Part shown: positions 53,274 through 64,000 of the stretch, one piece after another | How the letters are laid out: each line of letters starts with the position of its first letter | How positions within the stretch are numbered: position 1 is the first letter of the stretch | Translations under genes and position numbers: made by a program | Origin: Macrostomum lignano | Lineage: Eukaryota | NCBI GenBank assembly: GCA_002269645.1 | Contig: NIVC01000713.1 | Location: 454,946-518,945, forward strand | DNA: 64,000 nt | Direction of reading: 5' to 3' | The notes under the pieces: generated by a model | Seen by the model: only the letters and a program-made list of their open reading frames with translations | Database searches by the model: none | Told to the model about the DNA's origin: nothing

Positions 53274-54227
53274 GTCTAAGTCTGTTACGAAACAAGACAA
53301 AAGATAGCTTATTTCCTCTAAGCTTCTTCATGCGAGCCTATTTATCAGCCATCCTGCTCAAACAGCGAGTATTCGGGCAGCTCTTTACTAATTGGCTCCA
53401 AGAGAGACGAGTTCCTCCATTTTCTGAGTAGATACGATTCTTCTACCTGTAGCAAGTGATTGACGCGTACGTGCCTACTAAAAAGTAGTTCCATGCGAAT
53501 AAAATACCAGCACACACGATTATAATTTTGCACCTTAAAGGAGTCCGTAGTTAAACTTTGCATGTTGTCTTTCCGATTTGCCGACTTTGAAGTTTGGCAG
53601 CCATTCAAGTTTCAACTTATGCCGTATGATTTTAATGACGTAAAACAGTTTGTTTAAAATGAGGGCATCAACGTTACCCCCCACGAAGGACGTAGTGTGA
53701 TAGCACCGGATACACGCATAGGTAGGCACATTGCTGCATGTTTTAAATTAGCTCAGTCAGTGACAGTCACTCGGCCAATCTGACGAAGCACCGGTTTTTA
53801 GTATGCTTTCTGTGAAAGCGTACGTACAGGACATGTTACAGCATATGTATCAACAAGCTCGAGAGGATGATGCAAATCTCGTAGTGATTGTTTATTCAAG
53901 CGTTTTGCCAATTTATATTTATGTACCTAAGCTATAGCCACCCTGATTGACTGCAGCAAGCAATACTCATGCAACGTCAGCTGCGCTGGAATGGCCTCAG
54001 AAGAAGGTACAAAAATGTATCACAGCTAAAGAGCTTTTGAAGGTAGCTCGGGGAACAGGATAATGTTGCTGACTGGGAAGCATCAGATTGCATTGAATGA
54101 CTGATAGGGTTACCAGATAATTGGAATTCATAGTGCACACCATGGGCGCCCCAAAGAGGTCAAATAGTCGTGATCAAGGGGGCATCGCCTTGAAAAATCA
54201 GGGGCCAGGATTTCTCTTTAGAGACCA

Positions 54228-54595
54228 CCCCTGGTGCTGGCGCCCCTGGTGCTGGCGCCCCTGGTGCTGGCGCCCCTGGTGCTGGCGCCCCTGGTGCTGG
54301 CGCCCCTGGTGCTGGCGCCCCTGGTGCTGGCGCCCCTGGTGCTGGCGCCCCTGGTGCTGGCGCCCCTGGTGCTGGCGCCCCTGGTGCTGGCGCCCCTGGT
54401 GCTGGCGCCCCTGGTGCTGGCGCCCCTGGTGCTGGCGCCCCTGGTGCTGGCGCCCCTGGTGCTGGCGCCCCTGGTGCTGGCGCCCCTGGTGCTGGCGCCC
54501 CTGGTGCTGGCGCCCCTGGTGCTGGCGCCCCTGGTGCTGGCGCCCCTGGTGCTGGCGCCCCTGGTGCTGGCGCCCCTGGTGCTGGCGCCCCTGGC
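54228..54595. repeat. 15-bp minisatellite (cccctggtgctggcg)
   Basis: About 24 perfect units. Confidence 0.98.
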
Positions 54596-55980
54596 CGCTA
54601 AAGTCCCTAAAGTCCCTGGCCGCTAAAGTCCCTAAAGTCCCTGGCCGCTAAAGTCCCTAAAGTCCCTGGCCGCTAAAGTCCCTAAAGTCCCTGGCCGCTA
54701 AAGTCCCTAAAGTCCCTGGCCGCTAAAGTCCCTGGCCGCTAAAGTCCCTGGCCGCTAAAGTCCCTGGCCGCTAAAGTCCCTGGCCGCTAAAGTCCCTGGC
54801 CGCTAAAGTCCCTGGCCGCTAAAGTCCCTGGCCGCTAAAGTCCCTGGCCGCTAAAGTCCCTGGCCGCTAAAGTCCCTGGCCGCTAAAGTCCCTGGCCGCT
54901 AAAGTCCCTGGCCGCTAAAGTCCCTGGCCGCTAAAGTCCCTGGCCGCTAAAGTCCCTGGCCGCTAAAGTCCCTGGCCGCTAAAGTCCCTGGCCGCTAAAG
55001 TCCCTGGCCGCTAAAGTCCCTGGCCGCTAAAGTCCCTGGCCGCTAAAGTCCCTGGCCGCTAAAGTCCCTGGCCGCTAAAGTCCCTGGCCGCTAAAGTCCC
55101 TGGCCGCTAAAGTCCCTGGCCGCTAAAGTCCCTGGCCGCTAAAGTCCCTGGCCGCTAAAGTCCCTGGCCGCTAAAGTCCCTGGCCGCTAAAGTCCCTGGC
55201 CGCTAAAGTCCCTGGCCGCTAAAGTCCCTGGCCGCTAAAGTCCCTGGCCGCTAAAGTCCCTGGCCGCTAAAGTCCCTGGCCGCTAAAGTCCCTGGCCGCT
55301 AAAGTCCCTGGCCGCTAAAGTCCCTGGCCGCTAAAGTCCCTGGCCGCTAAAGTCCCTGGCCGCTAAAGTCCCTGGCCGCTAAAGTCCCTGGCCGCTAAAG
55401 TCCCTGGCCGCTAAAGTCCCTGGCCGCTAAAGTCCCTGGCCGCTAAAGTCCCTGGCCGCTAAAGTCCCTGGCCGCTAAAGTCCCTGGCCGCTAAAGTCCC
55501 TGGCCGCTAAAGTCCCTGGCCGCTAAAGTCCCTGGCCGCTAAAGTCCCTGGCCGCTAAAGTCCCTGGCCGCTAAAGTCCCTGGCCGCTAAAGTCCCTGGC
55601 CGCTAAAGTCCCTGGCCGCTAAAGTCCCTGGCCGCTAAAGTCCCTGGCCGCTAAAGTCCCTGGCCGCTAAAGTCCCTGGCCGCTAAAGTCCCTGGCCGCT
55701 AAAGTCCCTGGCCGCTAAAGTCCCTGGCCGCTAAAGTCCCTGGCCGCTAAAGTCCCTGGCCGCTAAAGTCCCTGGCCGCTAAAGTCCCTGGCCGCTAAAG
55801 TCCCTGGCCGCTAAAGTCCCTGGCCGCTAAAGTCCCTGGCCGCTAAAGTCCCTGGCCGCTAAAGTCCCTGGCCGCTAAAGTCCCTGGCCGCTAAAGTCCC
55901 TGGCCGCTAAAGTCCCTAGCCGCTAAAGTCCCTGGCCGCTAAAGTCCCTGGCCGCTAAAGTCCCTGGCCGCTAAACTAAA
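54596..55980. repeat. 16-bp minisatellite (gtccctggccgctaaa)
   Basis: About 80 near-perfect units continuing from the 15-bp array. Confidence 0.98.
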
Positions 55981-56300
55981 GTCCACCCAAGGAACTCAAG
56001 CCAACTCTCTGATATCTTTGGCGTCTCCCGAAACAAAAAATGTAAAATTTTGGATAAAATTCCCGTCGCCCTTGCGATGACGCATCACTTATTTTAACAT
56101 AATATGCATTACATTATTCAGACTCCCGGACTGGGCGCAATGAAGGAGAGCGTCATCTTGATTAGGCACGACACGATTCATAATGAAAACAGTGACGCCT
56201 ACGAGCGTAAATTGCTTGAACGGACGTGAATCTTATCCTTTCTATTCGTAAGCAAAGCATGTTACAAATAGGAAGTTCTCTTTTGCTGCTGCATCATGCT

Positions 56301-56529
56301 TAGGGATTCCAAAATCCCGACATTTTACAATCCCGGGATTGAATAGTCCCGAAATCCCGATGCTGTTGAAATCCCGGGATTCAAAATCCCGGAATCCCGG
56401 TGCTTTTGCAATCCCGGGATTAAAAATCCCGGGATTCGATTCCCAAAAAAATCCCGGGATTCAAATCCCGGATTTTTGGCCCCAATCCCGGGATCCCGGG
56501 ATCCCGGGATCCCGGGATTGGAATCCCTA
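56301..56529. mobile_element. 229-bp hAT-type MITE built from palindromic atcccgggat modules
   Basis: Perfect 11-bp TIR tagggattcca / tggaatcccta. Perfect 8-bp TSD atcatgct (56293-56300, 56530-56537). Confidence 0.93.
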
Positions 56530-58494
56530 ATCATGCTCAGGCCCGTCCAAGTCAAAGCCGAAAATGTAATGAAAAATTGACCGCAAGACAAAGCTTGTGG
56601 CTTATAAGATACAATAGAATCGTTATACACGCTCAAGAGATGAGCATAGCAATAGTTTTTGTCCATATATAGTCTCTACCTCACTGTGTTGAGAGATTTT
56701 ATTTAAAACTACCCTAAATACGCACTGCCCATTGTATCGAAGCAATATGCGCTCAGCCTCAGTTTTACACTAGCTAAAGCAGAGACTATGATCGAAATAT
56801 AAAAGTGGCCACGAGGCAAACGCAGCAAGAGGTCCGCCAGGGCACACGACCACGTACGCACAGGCACAGCTAGCACACTCTCACACATCATCCGTTGCCT
56901 GCCTCTCATTTCAAACAAACAGACCAACCCAACCCTGAGGGGCCTTTGCTCCAAGTTCATTATTCACAGCGAGAAACTGGTTTTACTTCGCCCGCGCCCG
57001 CGATGCGTGGCGTGGCCCGTGAGGGGTGGGTTTGGGTTGGATAGAAAAGCTTTATATAGATAGTTAGGTCAGCAAACTCAGGCGAAACGAAACGGAAGGC
57101 CCAGCTAAACGGCCCGAGAATGGTTTGTTTTCTCTAGCGCGCGCATTGTGAGCGAACCGCGCTCTCTGGTGGGGTTGGGGTTGGATTTGTGCCTCAAGGA
57201 GGGGCTGAAATGTACATTGAATCTCTTCCCCGCTCCGACGCTGGTTTTTAATTGCTAAAACTGAACCACGCCCAAGCCGCCACGCGCCATTTCTATCCAC
57301 CTTGCAGCAACAGCTCTCAGTCGCAGCCAGGCAATGTACATTGGGCCGCGTTAAATTGTACACTGCACCAAAAGCGCAGTGTCTTAATCTTGAAAACCCA
57401 ATGTCCCGGCAGTTTACGACACCCCACTATCCAAGCCACAGATTTGCGCCTCTCTGTCCAGCCCGCAGCCCCGCAACCCCCCCCCCAACCGTTTTGACCT
57501 GGCCTTTTATTATACACCAAAGCCTAAACGAGAGGAAGGCAAAAAAGGGCGCGTTCTTAAGCGAGCATAGCCAGCTACTCTCTTGAAAACAGCGAGCCGA
57601 ATGCAGAGTTTTTATCTATCGCTTTATTTCTAACTGCTTAAGTTTTTGGTGTACAGCGCGAGTGCAACCAGTTGAATAGAGTAGGCGCTTCTTTAAGTAA
57701 AATAGCTCGAGGTTCGGATAGTAAGGCGAAAGTTGAAACACGCTTTTGCTTCGGTTGGTTTACCTCTCGGATTCTCATATTGAAGAATAGCCAGCATCCA
57801 CCAACAACTACAACAGCGTACAGTTGTAGCTGTGCTGTGCATCCGTACCGTAGTACTCAAGCTGCACAACTGAACTTCTCTCTGCTGTTTTTTGTTATTC
57901 TGCATCAACTTGAGACGTCTGGACATCCAGGGCTAGTAAAGAAATTTTATATTAGCAAGAACCGTTGCTGCACAGCGCCTGCATGCATCCTTGAGCCCAG
58001 TTAAATCAAAATTTCGAGACCCGGAGACCAGTAAACTGTGACAAAATGTAAGTTTAAAATTCTGTTGACCTAATTAAGATATGCAGTTCGATGTTAAAAT
58101 AAATAATTTTCGTTCTTTTAGTGCACTTGCCATGTCTCTTGGCTTGCTTATACTCGTATCTAATTGTAATACTACAGTTTAATGCTACCATACTATTAGA
58201 TAAAGAGGTTCCACCGTTTTCTTTATTTTAGTTTGAAGGCTGAGACTGAGTGCAGGTGCCCAGGCCTCTCTGGGCTCCAGCCGTATCTCTTGAGCTGTTC
58301 CTTCCGCAGTTCGTGTCTTCCCAGTTTAGGATTAATAGTATTTTAATTCTTAGCTCTGATTGCCCGGGAAATTTCTGTTTGTGTAACTGGTACAAGACAT
58401 TGTGTTTATAGCTATGTATTTATAATCAATATAATGCATCATTAAGTATGACCTACTCAAAAATTTCTTAGAGCTGCGACACCCAGAAAATGGT

Positions 58495-58540
58495 CACGCG
58501 ACCCCACTGGGGGTCGCGACCCACAGGTTGAGAACCACTG
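58495..58540. mobile_element. Solo end of a hAT (Buster/Charlie/SPIN-like) element
   Basis: gggtcgcgacccacaggttgagaaccactg is the reverse complement of the typical cagtggttctcaacctgtgggtcgcgaccc terminus. I found no partner end. Confidence 0.6.
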
Positions 58541-59014
58541 ACTTAAAGAACTATAGATTTAGTGCCTCTATCTCCCGTAGTATCTATAGATTTGGTGCCC
58601 ACATCTCCCGTAGTATCTATAGATTTGGTGCCCCTATGTTATCAGTGATGACCCAAAACAAAGAAATGACGCACATCGTAGGGGATACCCGACAGGCCAC
58701 ATCACAGATATGACACTCCAAAAAATATATCCGACCAGAATATTTCGAAATATGACACATAAAAGTTTCGCAAAAAACTATAAATTTTGCATTACATGCT
58801 ACTAATAGTAGAAATGCGAAAATAATTCGATCGCAGCTCCAAAGGGTTTCAAATAAATCGCATTAGACACAAGTCCAGCTATTTTAGTTATATATATTAT
58901 TTACTTGCAAATTTTATAATTATATTTTATGTGCATACGAATTTTAGTTATAATTAATAAGTTTTCAAATATTATATTATCTTTACATGTTTCACATGTT
59001 AGAAAATAGTTATA

Positions 59015-59164
59015 TTAGCATGTTGAAATAGTGCATTGGTAGGCAGTCACCGAATGGGCAAATGTACTCCTGCCGGCATGCGACTTGGGCCGCTCAGCTG
59101 GGCCGGGCGGCTGCTGGGCTGCGGTGGGCGGCTGCTCAGCTGATCCGGGCTGTGACGCATCGGT
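59015..59164 (-). CDS. Putative terminal exon of an unidentified gene (TDASQPGSAEQPPTAAQQPP...TC*)
   Basis: GC-rich island, ctactcag| acceptor, phase 0 matching the upstream ATG|gtaagt donor. Confidence 0.4.
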   Translation of the reverse strand, partial: TDASQPGSAEQPPTAAQQPPGPAERPKSHAGRSTFAHSVTAYQCTISTC

Positions 59165-59184
59165 CTGAGTAGAGAAATTGCAGT

Positions 59185-60150
59185 TATTGGTAGAGACAGG
59201 GCAGAATGGTAGAGACAGGGCAGTTATTGGTAGAGACAGGGCAGTTATTGGTAGAGACAGGGCAGAATGGTAGAGACAGGGCAGTTATTGGTAGAGAAAG
59301 GGCAGAATGGTAGAGACAGGGCAGAATGGTAGAGACAGGGCAGAATGGTAGAGACAGGGCAGAATGGTAGAGATAGGGCAGAATGGTAGAGACAGGGCAG
59401 TTATTGGTAGAGACAGGGCAGAATGGTAGAGACAGGGCAGAATGGTAGAGACAGGGCAGAATGGTAGAGACAGGGCAGAATGGTAGAGAAAGGGCAGAAT
59501 GGTAGAGACAGGGCAGTATGGTAGAGACAGGGCAGAATGGTAGAGACAGGGCAGAATGGTAGAGACAGGGCAGAATGGTAGAGACAGGGCAGAATGGTAG
59601 AGACAGGGCAGAATGGTAGAGACAGGGCAGAATGGTAGAGACAGGGCAGAATGGTAGAGAAAGGGCAGAATGGTAGAGACAGGGCAGTATGGTAGAGACA
59701 GGGCAGAATGGTAGAGACAGGGCAGAATGGTAGAGACAGGGCAGAATGGTAGAGACAGGGCAGAATGGTAGAGACAGGGCAGAATGGTAGAGAAAGGGCA
59801 GAATGGTAGAGACAGGGCAGAATGGTAGAGACAGGGTAGAATGGTAGAGACAGGGCAGAATGGTAGAGACAGGGTAGAATGGTAGAGACAGGGCAGAATG
59901 GTAGAGACAGGGTAGAATGGTAGAGACAGGGCAGAATGGTAGAGAAAGGGTAGAATGGTAGAGACAGGGCAGAATGGTAGAGACAGGGCAGAATGGTAGA
60001 GAAAGGGTAGAATGGTAGAGACAGGGCAGAATGGTAGAGAAAGGGCAGAATGGTAGAGACAGGGCAGAATGGTAGAGACAGGGTAGAATGGTAGAGACAG
60101 GGCAGAATGGTAGAGACAGGGTAGAATGGTAGAGACAGGGCAGTTATTGG
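59185..60150. repeat. 19-bp minisatellite (cagaatggtagagacaggg) with 21-bp variants at the ends
   Basis: About 50 units filling the putative intron 59165-60179. Confidence 0.97.
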
Positions 60151-60179
60151 TAAAAATATTGCTCTTCACCTTCACTTAC

Positions 60180-60272
60180 CATTAACTGGAATCGATCAGA
60201 CGCGGCGAGCTCTTTCTCAAACGACTTTTGCCGCTTAGCGACGTCATAGCATTTGCCTTTGCGGCTTATCAG
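60180..60272 (-). CDS. Putative internal exon of an unidentified gene (LISRKGKCYDVAKRQKSFEKELAASDRFQLM)
   Basis: Open frame, aaacag| acceptor, strong ATG|gtaagt donor. No family recognised. Confidence 0.4.
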
Positions 60273-61446
60273 CTGTTTTATGAACTCCAATTGTTTGGAC
60301 ATTTGGGTTAATTTATTGAAAAAATGAAATTAATTGACAAATAGAAATCTGGCTTTTTGAAAGGCCAACTGAAGTCCCATTTTATATGAAGCGGCAGTTT
60401 GACATCAACAAGTTCACTCTAATTTTCATTGGTTCGGAATGGGTGGTCAAAATATTTCACGTTCATAGTACGTGTCAAATCCACTATGCTTTTAGACTCG
60501 AAGGGGTGGACTGCTTCATTTCAGTAGTGACTCATTTTGACACCAAATTACTTTGATTCAAAATGAAACATGCGCATTAACCAGCATGAAACATACATTA
60601 GGTACAATATGCCCCACTCACATTCACAGCCTCATTCACAGCCTCATTCACTGCCTCATTCACAGCCTCACAGCCAGACTCACTGATCGACCCTAATCCA
60701 GTTTGGGTTTCGAATACTCAGTTATTTCTGCATTTTCAATTCATTGAGTAGCTCTGTGAGATCCGCTGCTGTCAATATACAGTGGGCAGTGGATAACAAA
60801 TAAATGACACACAATGAATTGGATAGGAATTAAATGAATGATGCAAAATAGAAATTCGAGAAATAGATTAAATATGCAAGAAAAAGACGTATATGCTCAA
60901 AAATTAGGATGAAGTCAGTCATCAACAAATCAAAGAGTAGATAAAATTTCTCTTTGGTGACTAAATAAAGTTTACAATTTTACATATTTGGAACTGCTTG
61001 ACACTATTCTTTACGATAATGGCGCAATCATAAGTTTGGTGCAACAAATTTGCTTAGATAGGTGTCTTCCACCATGAACCACCATCACTGTCACCGAGCA
61101 TTGCGCAATCTTGAGCATACCCAGAGCACGTATTTGCTTTTAAGCAATCGTGAGAACTGCGATTCTTATCTTTACTCAAAATCCAGCTACAGTGGAAAGA
61201 TCGAGAAAAGCGCGAAACACACCTCCAAACAAACCGCTGTGCATAATACAAAACAATATATAGATAAAAAGTGGAACGCTCACAGCAGGTGACCAAACCA
61301 AAAGTAAAAGCAAAGCCCAATTGTATTTTGATAAAAAGCCATTACTAAAGAAGCTGGCGAAATATTTCTGAGCTAACCTGTCAATATCAAGTATAAGTTA
61401 AAATGTACGAGCGCAGTAAATTCAAACATGGATTTAAACTATAGCG

Positions 61447-64000
61447 GCGCTGTCAATATATAGAATTAAATGGAGAGCTTAGAAATGACACTCAATGGGG
61501 CTGATATACACAGGTGCAAAGATGACGCAGAGCCCGCTACTCTCAGCATCTCTAACTAGCCCTGTCGCTGTCAATATATAGAATTAAATGGAGAGCTTAG
61601 AAATGACACTCAATGGGGCTGATATACACAGGTGCAAAGATGACGCAGAGCCCGCTACTCTCAGCATCTCTAACTAGCCCTGTCGCTGTCAATATATAGA
61701 ATTAAATGGAGAGCTTAGAAATGACACTCAATGGGGCTGATATACACAGGTGCAAAGATGACGCAGAGCCCGCTACTCTCAGCATCTCTAACTAGCCCTG
61801 TCGCTGTCAATATATAGAATTAAATGGAGAGCTTAGAAATGACACTCAATGGGCTGATATACACAGGTGCAAAGATGACGCAGAGCCCGCTACTCTCAGC
61901 ATCTCTAACTAGCCCTGTCGCTGTCAATATATAGAATTAAATGGAGAGCTTAGAAATGACACTCAATGGGGCTGATATACACAGGTGCAAAGATGACGCA
62001 GAGCCCGCTACTCTCAGCATCTCTAACTAGCCCTGTCGCTGTCAATATATAGAATTAAATGGAGAGCTTAGAAATGACACTCAATGGGGCTGATATACAC
62101 AGGTGCAAAGATGACGCAGAGCCCGCTACTCTCAGCATCTCTAACTAGCCCTGTCGCTGTCAATATATAGAATTAAATGGAGAGCTTAGAAATGACACTC
62201 AATGGGGCTGATATACACAGGTGCAAAGATGACGCAGAGCCCGCTACTCTCAGCATCTCTAACTAGCCCTGTCGCTGTCAATATATAGAATTAAATGGAG
62301 AGCTTAGAAATGACACTCAATGGGGCTGATATACACAGGTGCAAAGATGACGCAGAGCCCGCTACTCTCAGCATCTCTAACTAGCCCTGTCGCTGTCAAT
62401 ATATAGAATTAAATGGAGAGCTTAGAAATGACACTCAATGGGGCTGATATACACAGGTGCAAAGATGACGCAGAGCCCGCTACTCTCAGCATCTCTAACT
62501 AGCCCTGTCGCTGTCAATATATAGAATTAAATGGAGAGCTTAGAAATGACACTCAATGGGGCTGATATACACAGGTGCAAAGATGACGCAGAGCCCGCTA
62601 CTCTCAGCATCTCTAACTAGCCCTGTCGCTGTCAATATATAGAATTAAATGGAGAGCTTAGAAATGACACTCAATGGGGCTGATATACACAGGTGCAAAG
62701 ATGACGCAGAGCCCGCTACTCTCAGCATCTCTAACTAGCCCTGTCGCTGTCAATATATAGAATTAAATGGAGAGCTTAGAAATGACACTCAATGGGGCTG
62801 ATATACACAGGTGCAAAGATGACGCAGAGCCCGCTACTCTCAGCATCTCTAACTAGCCCTGTCGCTGTCAATATATAGAATTAAATGGAGAGCTTAGAAA
62901 TGACACTCAATGGGGCTGATATACACAGGTGCAAAGATGACGCAGAGCCCGCTACTCTCAGCATCTCTAACTAGCCCTGTCGCTGTCAATATATAGAATT
63001 AAATGGAGAGCTTAGAAATGACACTCAATGGGGCTGATATACACAGGTGCAAAGATGACGCAGAGCCCGCTACTCTCAGCATCTCTAACTAGCCCTGTCG
63101 CTGTCAATATATAGAATTAAATGGAGAGCTTAGAAATGACACTCAATGGGGCTGATATACACAGGTGCAAAGATGACGCAGAGCCCGCTACTCTCAGCAT
63201 CTCTAACTAGCCCTGTCGCTGTCAATATATAGAATTAAATGGAGAGCTTAGAAATGACACTCAATGGGGCTGATATACACAGGTGCAAAGATGACGCAGA
63301 GCCCGCTACTCTCAGCATCTCTAACTAGCCCTGTCGCTGTCAATATATAGAATTAAATGGAGAGCTTAGAAATGACACTCAATGGGGCTGATATACACAG
63401 GTGCAAAGATGACGCAGAGCCCGCTACTCTCAGCATCTCTAACTAGCCCTGTCGCTGTCAATATATAGAATTAAATGGAGAGCTTAGAAATGACACTCAA
63501 TGGGCTGATATACACAGGTGCAAAGATGACGCAGAGCCCGCTACTCTCAGCATCTCTAACTAGCCCTGTCGCTGTCAATATATAGAATTAAATGGAGAGC
63601 TTAGAAATGACACTCAATGGGCTGATATACACAGGTGCAAAGATGACGCAGAGCCCGCTACTCTCAGCATCTCTAACTAGCCCTGTCGCTGTCAATATAT
63701 AGAATTAAATGGAGAGCTTAGAAATGACACTCAATGGGGCTGATATACACAGGTCAAAGATGACGCAGAGCCCGCTACTCTCAGCATCTCTAACTAGCCC
63801 TGTCGCTGTCAATATATAGAATTAAATGGAGAGCTTAGAAATGACACTCAATGGGGCTGATATACACAGGTGCAAAGATGACGCAGAGCCGCTACTCTCA
63901 GCATCTCTAACTAGCCCTGTCGCTGTCAATATATAGAATTAAATGGAGAGCTTAGAAATGACACTCAATGGGGCTGATATACACAGGTGCAAAGATGACG
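61447..64000. repeat. 118-bp satellite, about 21.6 near-identical copies, continues past the window end
   Basis: The unit start cgctgtcaatatatag recurs at 61448, 61566, 61684 and 61802. Confidence 0.99.

Noticed and set aside
53535-53729. THAP-like ORF MPTYACIRC upstream of the receptor
   Set aside because: Lacks the downstream conserved P, W and C..HF residues.
59285-60175. 296-aa Cys/His-rich repeat ORF
   Set aside because: Translation of the 19-bp minisatellite (57-nt period).
61447-64000. 118-bp unit as a 5S rRNA, snRNA or SL RNA array
   Set aside because: No recognisable 5S internal promoter, Sm site or spliced-leader motif, and no spacer between units.

Overview
Repeat-rich animal genomic DNA with spliceosomal introns and no prokaryotic features. 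The repeat landscape and the RTE LINE fragment suggest a flatworm such as Macrostomum, which is an inference only. I traced two multi-exon minus-strand genes by hand. The first is an ERG-subfamily (KCNH2/6/7-type) potassium channel at 7732-28889, with 12 exons, one probable GC-AG intron and about four single-base frameshifts. The second is a frame-intact, roughly 750-aa divergent GABA-B-receptor-like class C GPCR at 38372-53273, with 14 exons, two consecutive GC-AG introns, an altered ligand pocket and no coiled-coil tail. Two small plus-strand genes (1606-2560, secreted; 5296-5864, orphan) each need one base restored in a homopolymer run. Two exons of a probable further minus-strand gene lie at 59015-60272. 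The rest is more than 20 unrelated mini/microsatellites, many filling introns nearly end to end, a 118-bp satellite, several hAT-type MITEs with 8-bp TSDs (one nested three deep, several carrying internal tandem arrays), TA-flanked MITEs, two 5'-truncated LINEs with TSDs and tRNA-derived SINEs. Most long ORFs in the supplied track are repeat artefacts. All exon boundaries and alignments were read by eye and from remembered family motifs, not computed.
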